From contig JBPCLO010000026.1 of NCBI GenBank assembly GCA_051003155.1, positions 1-64,000 on the forward strand: a DNA stretch of 64,000 nucleotides, in the 5' to 3' direction. The position numbers were made by a program, and so were the translations under genes. Position 1 is the stretch's first letter; every line of letters begins with the position of its first letter. Below are positions 8,168 through 16,913 of the stretch, piece after piece. Source of the DNA: Fimbriimonadales bacterium (lineage in GTDB: Bacteria; Armatimonadota; Fimbriimonadia; Fimbriimonadales; ATM1). The notes under the pieces were generated by a model that saw only the letters and a program-made list of their open reading frames with translations, did not search any database and was not told the DNA's origin.

Positions 8168-10843
8168 ATGCCGGAAAAGCGCGTTTACCTCTTTCGCGAA
8201 GGCGCCGCAGACCAACGAGACCTCTTAGGAGGCAAGGGCGCGAACCTTTGCGAAATGACCAACATCGGTCTTCCCGTTCCCCCAGGATTTACCATCACCA
8301 CCGATGTCTGCCGAGAGTTCTACGAGGAAGCGGAGCGTCTACCCGAGGGCCTGATGAGCGACGTGCGAGCCGCCATGGCGAACGTCGAAAAGGACCTCGA
8401 CAAGAAGTTGGGGGGTTCAGGGCAGGGGATGCCGTTGCTCGTTTCCGTCCGCTCCGGATCCAAGTTCAGCATGCCCGGCATGATGGACACGATCCTCAAC
8501 TTAGGGCTCAACCAGGAAACGCTCCAGGGCCTGATCGCCGCCAGCGGAGACGCACGCTTCGCGTGGGACTCCTACCGCCGCTTCATCATGATGTTCTCGG
8601 ACGTGGTGCTCGGCGTCTCGAAGCACGATTTCGATAATGTTTTTCGCGACTACAAGGAAGAGCGCGGCGCGAAACTCGATACCGACCTTTCAGCCGAGGA
8701 TCTGAAGCACATCTCGGGCGTCTTCCTCTCAATGGTCGACAACTTCCCCACCGACCCTTGGAGGCAGCTCGAACTCGCAATCGACGCGGTATTCCGAAGC
8801 TGGAACAACGAGCGCGCAATAGTCTACCGACGCAGCGAGAAGATTCCCGACGATATAGGCACTGCGGTGACCGTCCAGGCGATGGTCTTCGGCAACATGG
8901 GCGAGGACTGTGGAACCGGCGTCGCCTTCACACGAGACCCCAGCACGGGCGAGAAAGCTCTCTATGGGGAATACCTTATGAACGCCCAGGGGGAGGATGT
9001 CGTTGCGGGGGTTCGCACACCGGTTCCGATTTCGCACATGGCAACGCAAAACCCCGCCGTGTACAGGGAATTCATAGGAATCTGCGACACCCTCGAATCC
9101 CACTACAAGGACATGATGGACGTCGAGTTCACGGTGGAGAAGGGCCGCCTGTTCATGCTTCAATGCCGCGCCGGGAAGCGCACCGGGCCAGCGGCCGTTC
9201 GGGCTGCTGTGGAGATGGTCGAGGAAGGACTGATCAGCAAAGAGGTGGCGATCCAGAGGGTGACTGCGTCGCATCTCGACCAGCTTCTCCATCCAAGAAT
9301 CGACGAGCAGAGCCTGTCGAACGGCCCGATCGCGGTTGGCTTAGCGGCATCGCCGGGCGCCGCGGTCGGCAAAGCTGCGTTCGACGCCGATACGGCCGCC
9401 GAACTCGGTGGCCAAGGCGAGAAGGTAGTCCTGATTCGGGACGAGACGAACCCGGACGACGTTCACGGCATGCTCGCCTCACAGGGCATCCTCACCGCGC
9501 GCGGCGGCAAGACATCGCACGCCGCGGTGGTCGCGCGAGGGTTCGGAATCCCGTGCGTGGCCGGGTGCGAGGCGATCAATGTGGACGAGCGAAATCGCCG
9601 CTTGTCGGTGAACGGCGTGACGATTCAAGAGGGCGAATTGATCAGCCTTGACGGCAGCACCGGCAAGGTCTATGAGGGCGAAGTCGCCCTCATCGCTCCG
9701 GAGGTCTCGGGTCATTTCGGCGACTTGATGGCGTGGTGCGACGACGCTCGCCGACTAGGCGTCCGGGCAAACGCGGACAACCCGCGCGATGCCGAGCAGG
9801 CAATCGAATTCGGCGCCGAGGGTATAGGCTTATGCCGCACTGAGCACATGTTTTTCGAGCGCGATCGCCTACCGGTGGTCCAGCAGATGATTTTGGCCAA
9901 GGACGAGAGCGTTCGGCAAAGTGCGCTCGACCAGCTCCTTGTACACCAGCAGCATGACTTCGAGGGGATCTTCGAAGTCATGGACGGCAAGCCCGTGACG
10001 ATTCGGCTAATCGACCCGCCGTTGCATGAGTTCCTCCCTTCTTATGACGAACTCTTGGTTCAAGTGACGGAGCTGCGCGCGGCTGTTAGGCACGATCCCG
10101 GCCACGATATGGCGGACGCGATAGAGGCGAAGGAAGAACTGCTGCTCGCAGTTGAAGGAATGCGCGAATCCAATCCGATGCTGGGCCTGCGCGGTGTGCG
10201 CCTTTCGATTCTCTTCCCGGGCATTGTCGAAATGCAGACTAAGGCGATACTCCAAGCGGCGGTCGAGGTGAAGAAGCGGGGGATCGACCCACAGCCCGAG
10301 ATCATGATTCCACTCGTCGGGCACGTGAACGAACTCAAGGTCGTCCGCGAGCAGCTCGAGGCGGTCGCCGAAAAGGTTATTGCGGAGGCCGGCCAGCCGA
10401 TCTCTTACAAGTTCGGGACGATGATCGAGATTCCACGTGCCGCGCTAACCGCCAAAGAGATCGCGCAGTACGCGGAGTTCTTCAGCTTCGGCACGAACGA
10501 CCTGACCCAGACGACGTTCGGCTACAGCCGCGACGACGCCGAGGGCAAGTTCCTCGGAAAGTACGTCGAGGATAAGATACTGCCTGTCAATCCGTTCGAA
10601 ACCATCGACTTCGACGGCGTCGGAAAACTCATGAGGATGTGCGTCGAAGACGGCCGGTCGGTGAATCCGGTGCTGAAGCTCGGCATCTGCGGAGAGCACG
10701 GCGGCGATCCCGAGAGCATCTATTTTTGTCACGAGTTGGGCCTCGACTACGTGAGCTGCTCGCCGTATCGGGTTCCGATCGCTCGCCTGGCGGCGGCTCA
10801 GGTGGCCGTTAGGGATAAGAACAGTGTGGTGGTCGACCGGTGA
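8168..10843 (+). CDS. ppdK: Pyruvate, phosphate dikinase
   Basis: LGGKGANL, SMPGMMDT, GGKTSHAAVVARG (phospho-His), GLCRTEHMF, FSFGTNDLTQ, GICGEHGG. Confidence 0.98.
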   Translation: MPEKRVYLFREGAADQRDLLGGKGANLCEMTNIGLPVPPGFTITTDVCREFYEEAERLPEGLMSDVRAAMANVEKDLDKKLGGSGQGMPLLVSVRSGSKFSMPGMMDTILNLGLNQETLQGLIAASGDARFAWDSYRRFIMMFSDVVLGVSKHDFDNVFRDYKEERGAKLDTDLSAEDLKHISGVFLSMVDNFPTDPWRQLELAIDAVFRSWNNERAIVYRRSEKIPDDIGTAVTVQAMVFGNMGEDCGTGVAFTRDPSTGEKALYGEYLMNAQGEDVVAGVRTPVPISHMATQNPAVYREFIGICDTLESHYKDMMDVEFTVEKGRLFMLQCRAGKRTGPAAVRAAVEMVEEGLISKEVAIQRVTASHLDQLLHPRIDEQSLSNGPIAVGLAASPGAAVGKAAFDADTAAELGGQGEKVVLIRDETNPDDVHGMLASQGILTARGGKTSHAAVVARGFGIPCVAGCEAINVDERNRRLSVNGVTIQEGELISLDGSTGKVYEGEVALIAPEVSGHFGDLMAWCDDARRLGVRANADNPRDAEQAIEFGAEGIGLCRTEHMFFERDRLPVVQQMILAKDESVRQSALDQLLVHQQHDFEGIFEVMDGKPVTIRLIDPPLHEFLPSYDELLVQVTELRAAVRHDPGHDMADAIEAKEELLLAVEGMRESNPMLGLRGVRLSILFPGIVEMQTKAILQAAVEVKKRGIDPQPEIMIPLVGHVNELKVVREQLEAVAEKVIAEAGQPISYKFGTMIEIPRAALTAKEIAQYAEFFSFGTNDLTQTTFGYSRDDAEGKFLGKYVEDKILPVNPFETIDFDGVGKLMRMCVEDGRSVNPVLKLGICGEHGGDPESIYFCHELGLDYVSCSPYRVPIARLAAAQVAVRDKNSVVVDR

Positions 10844-10883
10844 ATCGGGGCTAGCTGAAGCGTCGCCCTCCAGGATTGCGACA

Positions 10884-13358
10884 TCAGGTATGCGCGTCGA
10901 GCTTCGCGGCGAGTTCGGCCATAGTAAAGGGCTTTTGGAGAAAGGCGACGTGGCCATCATCGGCGACGCTTTGATTTAGCTCCTGCTGGGTATAACCCGA
11001 CATTACGATCACGGGCAGTTCCGGTCTAAGCTCTCGGATTCGCTTGAGGGCGTCTTGGCCGCCCATCACCGGCATTATCAAGTCCAGGAGCACTCGCTCG
11101 ATCGTGTTGTCGGAAGCCTCGACCTGTTCGACGCATTCGCGGCCGTTCGAGGCGGTTAGAACCGTGTAGCCAAACTGCTCCAGGGCGCTCTTTACGACAT
11201 CTCTTACTAAATCCTCATCATCGACGACGAGGACAGTACCGGAGCGCTTCCGCTTCAAAGATATCGCAGCGGGCGGGTCGATTTCGCGTTCGCGCGGACT
11301 GCTGCGCGCACCCGCATCGGCAAACGGAAAGAGCACCTCGAACGTGCTGCCGTCTCCGGGAGCGCTGTAAACACGAAGGCCGCCCTTGTGCCCCCGAACG
11401 ATGCCCAGAACCGCCGAAAGGCCGAGGCCACGCCCGTCGGACTTGGTCGAAAAGAATGGATCGAAGATGCGGGCGGCCGTCTTTTCGTCCATGCCGAAGC
11501 CGTGGTCCTGCACCCTGAACACTACGTACTGCCCTGGTTCGGCTTCGACGGGCGAGTGCCACTCGCCCTGTTTATCCTTGTCCAGCGGGCAGATGCCCGT
11601 AGAGACCGATATGACCCCGGGCTCGCCCCAGAGCGACTCGGCCGCATTCAGCACAAGATTCATGACGACTTGCTGGAGCTGGCCGCGGTCGCCCGATATC
11701 ACCGGCAGATCAGCCGCCAACTCGAGTCTGATCTCGGCGTTCTTCGGCACGCTGACCCGAATCAGCTCGGTGATCTCCCGCACGAGCCCGGAGAGGTCGA
11801 GCGACTCGACGATGAAGCGGCCCCTGCCCGCATAAGCGAGAATTTGGCGCGTTAGATCAGCGGCGCGCAGGCAGGCGTTGGATACATGTTCTAGCAGAGG
11901 ACGCGCATCGTCGGGCACGTCCGGCATTTCCGAGACAAGCGAACTCGCCCCGAGAATCCCAGTTAGCAGATTGTTGAAATCATGCGCGATGCCTCCCGCG
12001 AACACTCCGACGCTCTCGAGCTTCTGCATCTGCAGTAGCGCCATCTCGTCCCGCTTGCGCTGGGTGATGTCGCGCGCCACCTCGGACGCGCCGATGACCA
12101 TCCCCGCCGCATCGCGAATCGGCGATATCGTCAGCGAGACGTCCACCAGCGATCCGTCCTTGCGCTGGCGCACGGTTTCGAAATGCTCGACAGCATGGCC
12201 GCTGCGGATGCGCTCGATAATCCGCGGCTCCTCATCGAGGCGGTCATCGGGAATCAAGATCGTCACACGCTTGCCGACGGCTTCCTCCACCTTGTACCCG
12301 AACAGGTGCTGCGCGCCCCTGTTCCACGTCGCGATGACGCCGTCCAGGTCCTTGGAGATAATGGCGTCTTCGGAGGATTCAACGATGGCGGCGAGGCGCG
12401 CCCTCGCCTGCTCGGCCTGCTTGCGCTCGGTGATGTCGTCGGTGAAGCAGCGTGTGTGGATGAATCGGCCGTTCTCGAAGTAGGCGCTGGAGGTGATCAG
12501 GACATCGCGGATCGATCCATCCCTGCGGCGCAGACGCGCGGGCCAGTCGCGAAGCGTCTCGCCTCGCAAGAGCCGCGCAAGGATGTCTTCGATCACCGGC
12601 TGATCGGCGTGGAACTCGGCGATGTGATGGCCAAGGTATTCTTCGCGCCCACCCGGAAACCCGTATCCAAGCATGTCGAGTTCGGCCTGGTTGACGCGCA
12701 GAATCGTCCCATCGGGTCCGACCCAGTGCAGGCCGATGCTGGCGGTCTCGAAGAAGTCCGACATCTCCCGCTCGACGCTGGCGATTGTGTCTCTGTCCTC
12801 CTGCGCCTGCACGCTCGACACCAGCAGCGCCTCATTCATCTCGCGCAGTTCATCGGACAGTCGCCTATGCACATCCAGCGCCTCCTTGCGCTGCCGCTCG
12901 ACAATCTTGTCGAACGCGACAACCCCCTCGGTGAGCGATTGGTCGATCGATTCGTTGAACCTCGTGAGATCCTCTAGGTCGCGGACATCGGGACTCGGAC
13001 GGCTCTTGCGCCAGAGCCGGATGACGCTGGCGCGCAGCGCGCGGTACTCCGAGATGACCTCAGGCAAGTCGAACCCCCAGCCGTGCCTGTCGCGCCCGTG
13101 CGCGACCGATGCGCGGTCCATGCGCGCGCTATGCAGGCTGCCGTCGCCCCCCCGGGAGTTGCCCTTGGATTTGTCGGCCTGCTGGGTTACGGTTTGAGCG
13201 GACTTCATGTCGGCCCCGGTGGCGTGGAGCACATCCGCAGCGTCATCGCGCAGCGTGGCCGGGTCAGTCATCGACCCTGGCCAGATGTCGCGCGCAAAAA
13301 CTTCCCACTCCGCGAGGATTGGTTCAATATTCGCCAGGATGAAGTCCGCAAGGCGCAT
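10884..13358 (-). CDS. Hybrid sensor histidine kinase (RsbRD_N-like sensor, coiled coil, 2 PAS, HisKA, HATPase, REC)
   Basis: MRLADFILANIEPILAEWE N-terminus, PAS ends DITERK and DITQRK, H-box GIAHDFNNLL, MNLVLNA, GRGLGL, receiver LVVDD..LLDLIMP..QKPF. Confidence 0.93.
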   Translation of the reverse strand: MRLADFILANIEPILAEWEVFARDIWPGSMTDPATLRDDAADVLHATGADMKSAQTVTQQADKSKGNSRGGDGSLHSARMDRASVAHGRDRHGWGFDLPEVISEYRALRASVIRLWRKSRPSPDVRDLEDLTRFNESIDQSLTEGVVAFDKIVERQRKEALDVHRRLSDELREMNEALLVSSVQAQEDRDTIASVEREMSDFFETASIGLHWVGPDGTILRVNQAELDMLGYGFPGGREEYLGHHIAEFHADQPVIEDILARLLRGETLRDWPARLRRRDGSIRDVLITSSAYFENGRFIHTRCFTDDITERKQAEQARARLAAIVESSEDAIISKDLDGVIATWNRGAQHLFGYKVEEAVGKRVTILIPDDRLDEEPRIIERIRSGHAVEHFETVRQRKDGSLVDVSLTISPIRDAAGMVIGASEVARDITQRKRDEMALLQMQKLESVGVFAGGIAHDFNNLLTGILGASSLVSEMPDVPDDARPLLEHVSNACLRAADLTRQILAYAGRGRFIVESLDLSGLVREITELIRVSVPKNAEIRLELAADLPVISGDRGQLQQVVMNLVLNAAESLWGEPGVISVSTGICPLDKDKQGEWHSPVEAEPGQYVVFRVQDHGFGMDEKTAARIFDPFFSTKSDGRGLGLSAVLGIVRGHKGGLRVYSAPGDGSTFEVLFPFADAGARSSPREREIDPPAAISLKRKRSGTVLVVDDEDLVRDVVKSALEQFGYTVLTASNGRECVEQVEASDNTIERVLLDLIMPVMGGQDALKRIRELRPELPVIVMSGYTQQELNQSVADDGHVAFLQKPFTMAELAAKLDAHT

Positions 13359-13442
13359 CAGGTGTTCTCAGGCGGCCACGGATTCGCCGGCGGGCGTAAA
13401 GGGTCGTTCATGGGCTTGGTCACATATAGGCCCCCTCAACTG

Positions 13443-13580
13443 GGAAACGCGCCTTTTAGGCAAGGAAAGACGCCTTTTAGACTAGGAGAGTCGCCTTTTA
13501 GACAAGGAAAGGCACCTTTTGGGACAGGAAACGCGCATTTGCGCCCAGGAAGCATGTCTTTCAGACCAAGAAACGCGCCC
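13443..13580. repeat. 21-bp degenerate tandem array, about 6.5 copies
   Basis: Units: GGAAACGCGCCTTTTAGGCAA / GGAAAGACGCCTTTTAGACTA / GGAGAGTCGCCTTTTAGACAA / GGAAAGGCACCTTTTGGGACA / GGAAACGCGCATTTGCGCCCA / GGAAGCATGTCTTTCAGACCA / AGAAACGCGCCC. Confidence 0.9.
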
Positions 13581-13581
13581 A

Positions 13582-15237
13582 TCATCGTTTCCTTCTGCCG
13601 CCCGTGCCCGCGCTCTGGCGCGCGGGCTTGGTCGGTTTCTGACGGGGCTTTGGCGCACGGTCGGGAGAGGGGCGCAATTCCGGCGCTTCCTGGCCGGACC
13701 CTATCGACCACGGCCGGGGGATGCCGCTGGTGAGGCCGCTGTAACCGCGCAGTGGATCGCCGATCTCCAACCCCTTGGTCGTGATCTGGTATTCGTGCAT
13801 GTCGATCGAGTGCATGCTGCGGCGCATCTTGATGATCATGAGCATCTTGCGAAGCTGGCCGTTGATCGAGACGTAGCGCATGCGCATGATGTCGTCGGCC
13901 AGGAACGAGACGGTGAACTTGCTGAGGTCCATTGAGGTGAAGTCCTCTTCAATCTCGACGGTGGAGATGATGGTGACGCCCAGGCGCGTGAGGGCGGCGA
14001 TCATGCGGTAGAGCGATTCGCGGAAGTCCTCCCGGAAGCCGGGGGCTAACGCCATCTCAAAGCCGACCAGCGAGTCGATCACCAGCCGCTTGGCGCCCAT
14101 CTCCTTGACGCTCTTGACGATCTCGTGAACGGTTTCATCCACCGAGAGATCGAGCGGGCGCAGGTAGATGAGCTTAAGCGTGCCGTCTTTCTGGGGTGTG
14201 TCGAAGTCGATTCCAAACATCTTGGCGCGCTGCACGTGCTCTCTGGGCAGTTCTTCGAAGATGGCGACGATGCCCGGCTCGATGGGGTGGCCGTTGCGGG
14301 GCTTGAGGCCCTCGGCGATGAACTGCATGCCCAAGGTGGACTTGCCCGAGCCGGACGGGCCGGCCAGGAGCATGCTCTCGCCTTCGGGGATGCCGCCGCC
14401 CAGCATGCCGTCGAGCTCGTCGATCCCGGTTGAAAGACGGTACTTGCCCTTGACGTGACCGTTTTCGACGCTGAGCCCGAAGGTGCGCGGGAAGGTTTGC
14501 AGGCCGCCATCGGTGATGCGGAAAGTGTGCAGGCCGGGCACAGATTCCTGCCCGCGCAACTTCATGAGCTGCATCTTGCGGACGATCGAGTTGCGCTCGA
14601 CGGATTGATAGAGCCAGAACAACCCGTCGGCGACAGTGAAGACTGGGTTGTCGCGCAGCTCGCCTTCGACGTACTCGCCGATGAGGAACGTGGTGGCCTG
14701 GAAATTCGTCAGGTGAAGCGCCAGTCGCTGGACGAAGCCCTGGAGTTCCATTTCGCTCGTTGTTCCCGCAGCCGATTGGGAGTGGGCCTTGCGGACCACG
14801 GTGCGGAAGGAATCGACTACGACGATCTTGGCGTGGACAGCTTCCACCTCCTTGATGATCTCATCCAGGACGGCGCCGAGGTCTTGTTCCAGGACGAACT
14901 TGCTGAGATTGACGAACTTGATCGCGCCATCCATCTTGGCGTAATCGAAGAAGGTGAACTGCTGCTGGTAGCGGAGCATCTTGATGGCCGGCTCGCCCAA
15001 CACGGTGAAATAGATCGCGGGAGTTTGTGGGCTAGCGTTGGCGAACATGATCTGGTGCGCCAGCGTGGTCTTCCCGCTTCCTGGCGCGCCGGCGATAATG
15101 TTGAAGGAATACTCGGGCAGCCCCCCTCCGAGGATCTCGTCGAGGCCGGGCACGCCGGTGGTCATTTGCCTAATCTGCACTGGTGAGTGAGAGCGTAGGA
15201 CTTGCGTCGGGTTCTTATCTTTCGGTCGTCTTCTCAT
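13582..15237 (-). CDS. Double-domain KaiC-like RecA-superfamily ATPase
   Basis: Two TG(V/I)..LD..LGGG(L/I)P starts, Walker A GAPGSGKT and GPSGSGKS, Walker B VVVDS and LVIDS, KLRG and KMRR motifs. Confidence 0.92.
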   Translation of the reverse strand: MRRRPKDKNPTQVLRSHSPVQIRQMTTGVPGLDEILGGGLPEYSFNIIAGAPGSGKTTLAHQIMFANASPQTPAIYFTVLGEPAIKMLRYQQQFTFFDYAKMDGAIKFVNLSKFVLEQDLGAVLDEIIKEVEAVHAKIVVVDSFRTVVRKAHSQSAAGTTSEMELQGFVQRLALHLTNFQATTFLIGEYVEGELRDNPVFTVADGLFWLYQSVERNSIVRKMQLMKLRGQESVPGLHTFRITDGGLQTFPRTFGLSVENGHVKGKYRLSTGIDELDGMLGGGIPEGESMLLAGPSGSGKSTLGMQFIAEGLKPRNGHPIEPGIVAIFEELPREHVQRAKMFGIDFDTPQKDGTLKLIYLRPLDLSVDETVHEIVKSVKEMGAKRLVIDSLVGFEMALAPGFREDFRESLYRMIAALTRLGVTIISTVEIEEDFTSMDLSKFTVSFLADDIMRMRYVSINGQLRKMLMIIKMRRSMHSIDMHEYQITTKGLEIGDPLRGYSGLTSGIPRPWSIGSGQEAPELRPSPDRAPKPRQKPTKPARQSAGTGGRRKR

Positions 15238-15241
15238 CTTC

Positions 15242-15652
15242 CTAAATCTCTTCTACGTCCAACAATTCATCGGGCCAACCGTCTTGCACCAAACGAAGCG
15301 TGAGCGGTTCGCCGATGAACGTGTCGAGCAGCCCAAGCATTTGGGCTGTGAGGGCGGTTGCCGCGGCGACTCCGCCGTCGGTATCGTCATCAGCGAGCGC
15401 CTCCAGCCCTTCCATCGAGCAATCGGGCTTGACCGTGACGTTATTAAGGGAAGGCACCTCAACCCGTGCCAGGGCCATTGACCTTCGCAGCAGCGATGCG
15501 AATCCGTCGGCTCCTGCGAACTGCGTCAGCGAGATGCGCAGCTTCTCGCAGACGCGCACCGCTTCGTGCAAGCCCGCGCTTGGACGGCCGTCGGCTTCAA
15601 CAACAAGCAACCGGTTTGCCAGGCGTCGCATCGATGGGGACAGGATATTCAT
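15242..15652 (-). CDS. Small hypothetical protein heading the KaiC-like operon
   Basis: Ends 4 nt before the ATPase start; helical, AVRVCEKLRISLTQFAGADGFASLLRRS..LLDTFIGEPLTLRLV. Confidence 0.75.
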   Translation of the reverse strand: MNILSPSMRRLANRLLVVEADGRPSAGLHEAVRVCEKLRISLTQFAGADGFASLLRRSMALARVEVPSLNNVTVKPDCSMEGLEALADDDTDGGVAAATALTAQMLGLLDTFIGEPLTLRLVQDGWPDELLDVEEI

Positions 15653-15797
15653 TCAGCGCCGGATTCGTCCTATGGGTATTTGAAGCGCAGGATTAGTATA
15701 GCTGTGTTCGGCTTCTCGGTACCCTCTCAGCGCTACATTATAATCCATCCGACCTATCCGGCCACGCGGACGAGGTTATCTTCGGGATAGCCCTGTT

Positions 15798-16892
15798 TCA
15801 CGCACGGACTGTGTCGCGGAAGGCGGCCTGGAACGCGTCGATTTCGGCTGGTGAACCGATGCTAACCCGCACGCACGTGGGCCGGCCGAAGAGGGCGCCG
15901 GAGCGAATGATAATGCCCTTCCCAAGCAATTCCGAGCAAACTTGGTTGGCGGACCGCCCGAGATCGGCCCAGACGAAATTGGTGAAACTCTCGACGGTCT
16001 TGACTCCACAGCTCTCAAAGATGCCCGTGAGCCTCGCAAGGCCGGCTTGGTTCGCTCGGATCGTTCTTTGCAAATGGTCTTCATCGGCCAGCGCGGCGAC
16101 CGCCGCTTTCTGGGCGATAGAGGTGACATTGAAAGGTTCGCGAGCGCCGTCCACCACCTTGACGATCTCGCCCGAGGCGAACCCGTAGCCTACGCGCAAC
16201 CCGGCGAGGCCGTAGGTCTTGCTGAATGTCCGCAGCCCGATGACCTGTCGACCCTGGCGGATGTAATCGAGTGCATTGGGATACTCGGGATCGATTGCAA
16301 ATTCGAAGTACGCCTCGTCGAGAACCACCGCGACCGTGTCGGGGAGATGGTCCAGAAACTCCTCGAACTCACGCCTGCGAATGATCGTGCCGGTTGGGTT
16401 ATTCGGGTTCGCGATCCAGATGAGCTTCGTATTGTCGGTTATCGCCGCCGCCATTGCCGGAAGATCGTGCCTTTCGTTTTCGTCCAGCGGCACCAGAACG
16501 GTTTTCGCCTGAGCCAGGTCCGCTCCGGCTGAGTATCGCGAGAAGCCGGGGTCGCCCATGATGATCTCGTCGCCGGGATCGAGAAAAATGAGGCTGAGGT
16601 AGTGGATAAGCTCGTCGCTTCCGCTTCCAACCATGATAAGGTCAGGCGATATTTGGTGTTTCCTGGCTAGCGCGGCCCTGAGCTCGAACGATGCGGCGTC
16701 GGGATAGATGTGCGCCGAGGAGGCTCCTTCGTGAATCGCTGCGATGGCCGCGGGGGAGGGTCCCAAGGGGTTTTCATTGCTCGCCAGCTTTACGACGTGC
16801 TCGAGGCAGAGCTCGCGCTGCACTTCCGTAACCGGCTTGCCCGGGATGTAGGGGGTCAGGCGCTGAACGTGGCTTCGAGGCTTGGCGGGCAC
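15798..16892 (-). CDS. hisC: Histidinol-phosphate aminotransferase
   Basis: KLASNENPLG, GSDELI, NPNNPTG, DEAY, RTFSKTYGLAGLRVGY. Confidence 0.96.
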   Translation of the reverse strand: MPAKPRSHVQRLTPYIPGKPVTEVQRELCLEHVVKLASNENPLGPSPAAIAAIHEGASSAHIYPDAASFELRAALARKHQISPDLIMVGSGSDELIHYLSLIFLDPGDEIIMGDPGFSRYSAGADLAQAKTVLVPLDENERHDLPAMAAAITDNTKLIWIANPNNPTGTIIRRREFEEFLDHLPDTVAVVLDEAYFEFAIDPEYPNALDYIRQGRQVIGLRTFSKTYGLAGLRVGYGFASGEIVKVVDGAREPFNVTSIAQKAAVAALADEDHLQRTIRANQAGLARLTGIFESCGVKTVESFTNFVWADLGRSANQVCSELLGKGIIIRSGALFGRPTCVRVSIGSPAEIDAFQAAFRDTVRA

Positions 16893-16913
16893 TCGGTCAT
16901 TCTGGCATACGCC

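Noticed and set aside
13443..13580. CRISPR array
   Set aside because: The units are contiguous with no unique spacers, and there are no cas genes.
13582..15237. True circadian kaiC
   Set aside because: No kaiA/kaiB nearby, the first domain lacks EE, and the ST site is incomplete.
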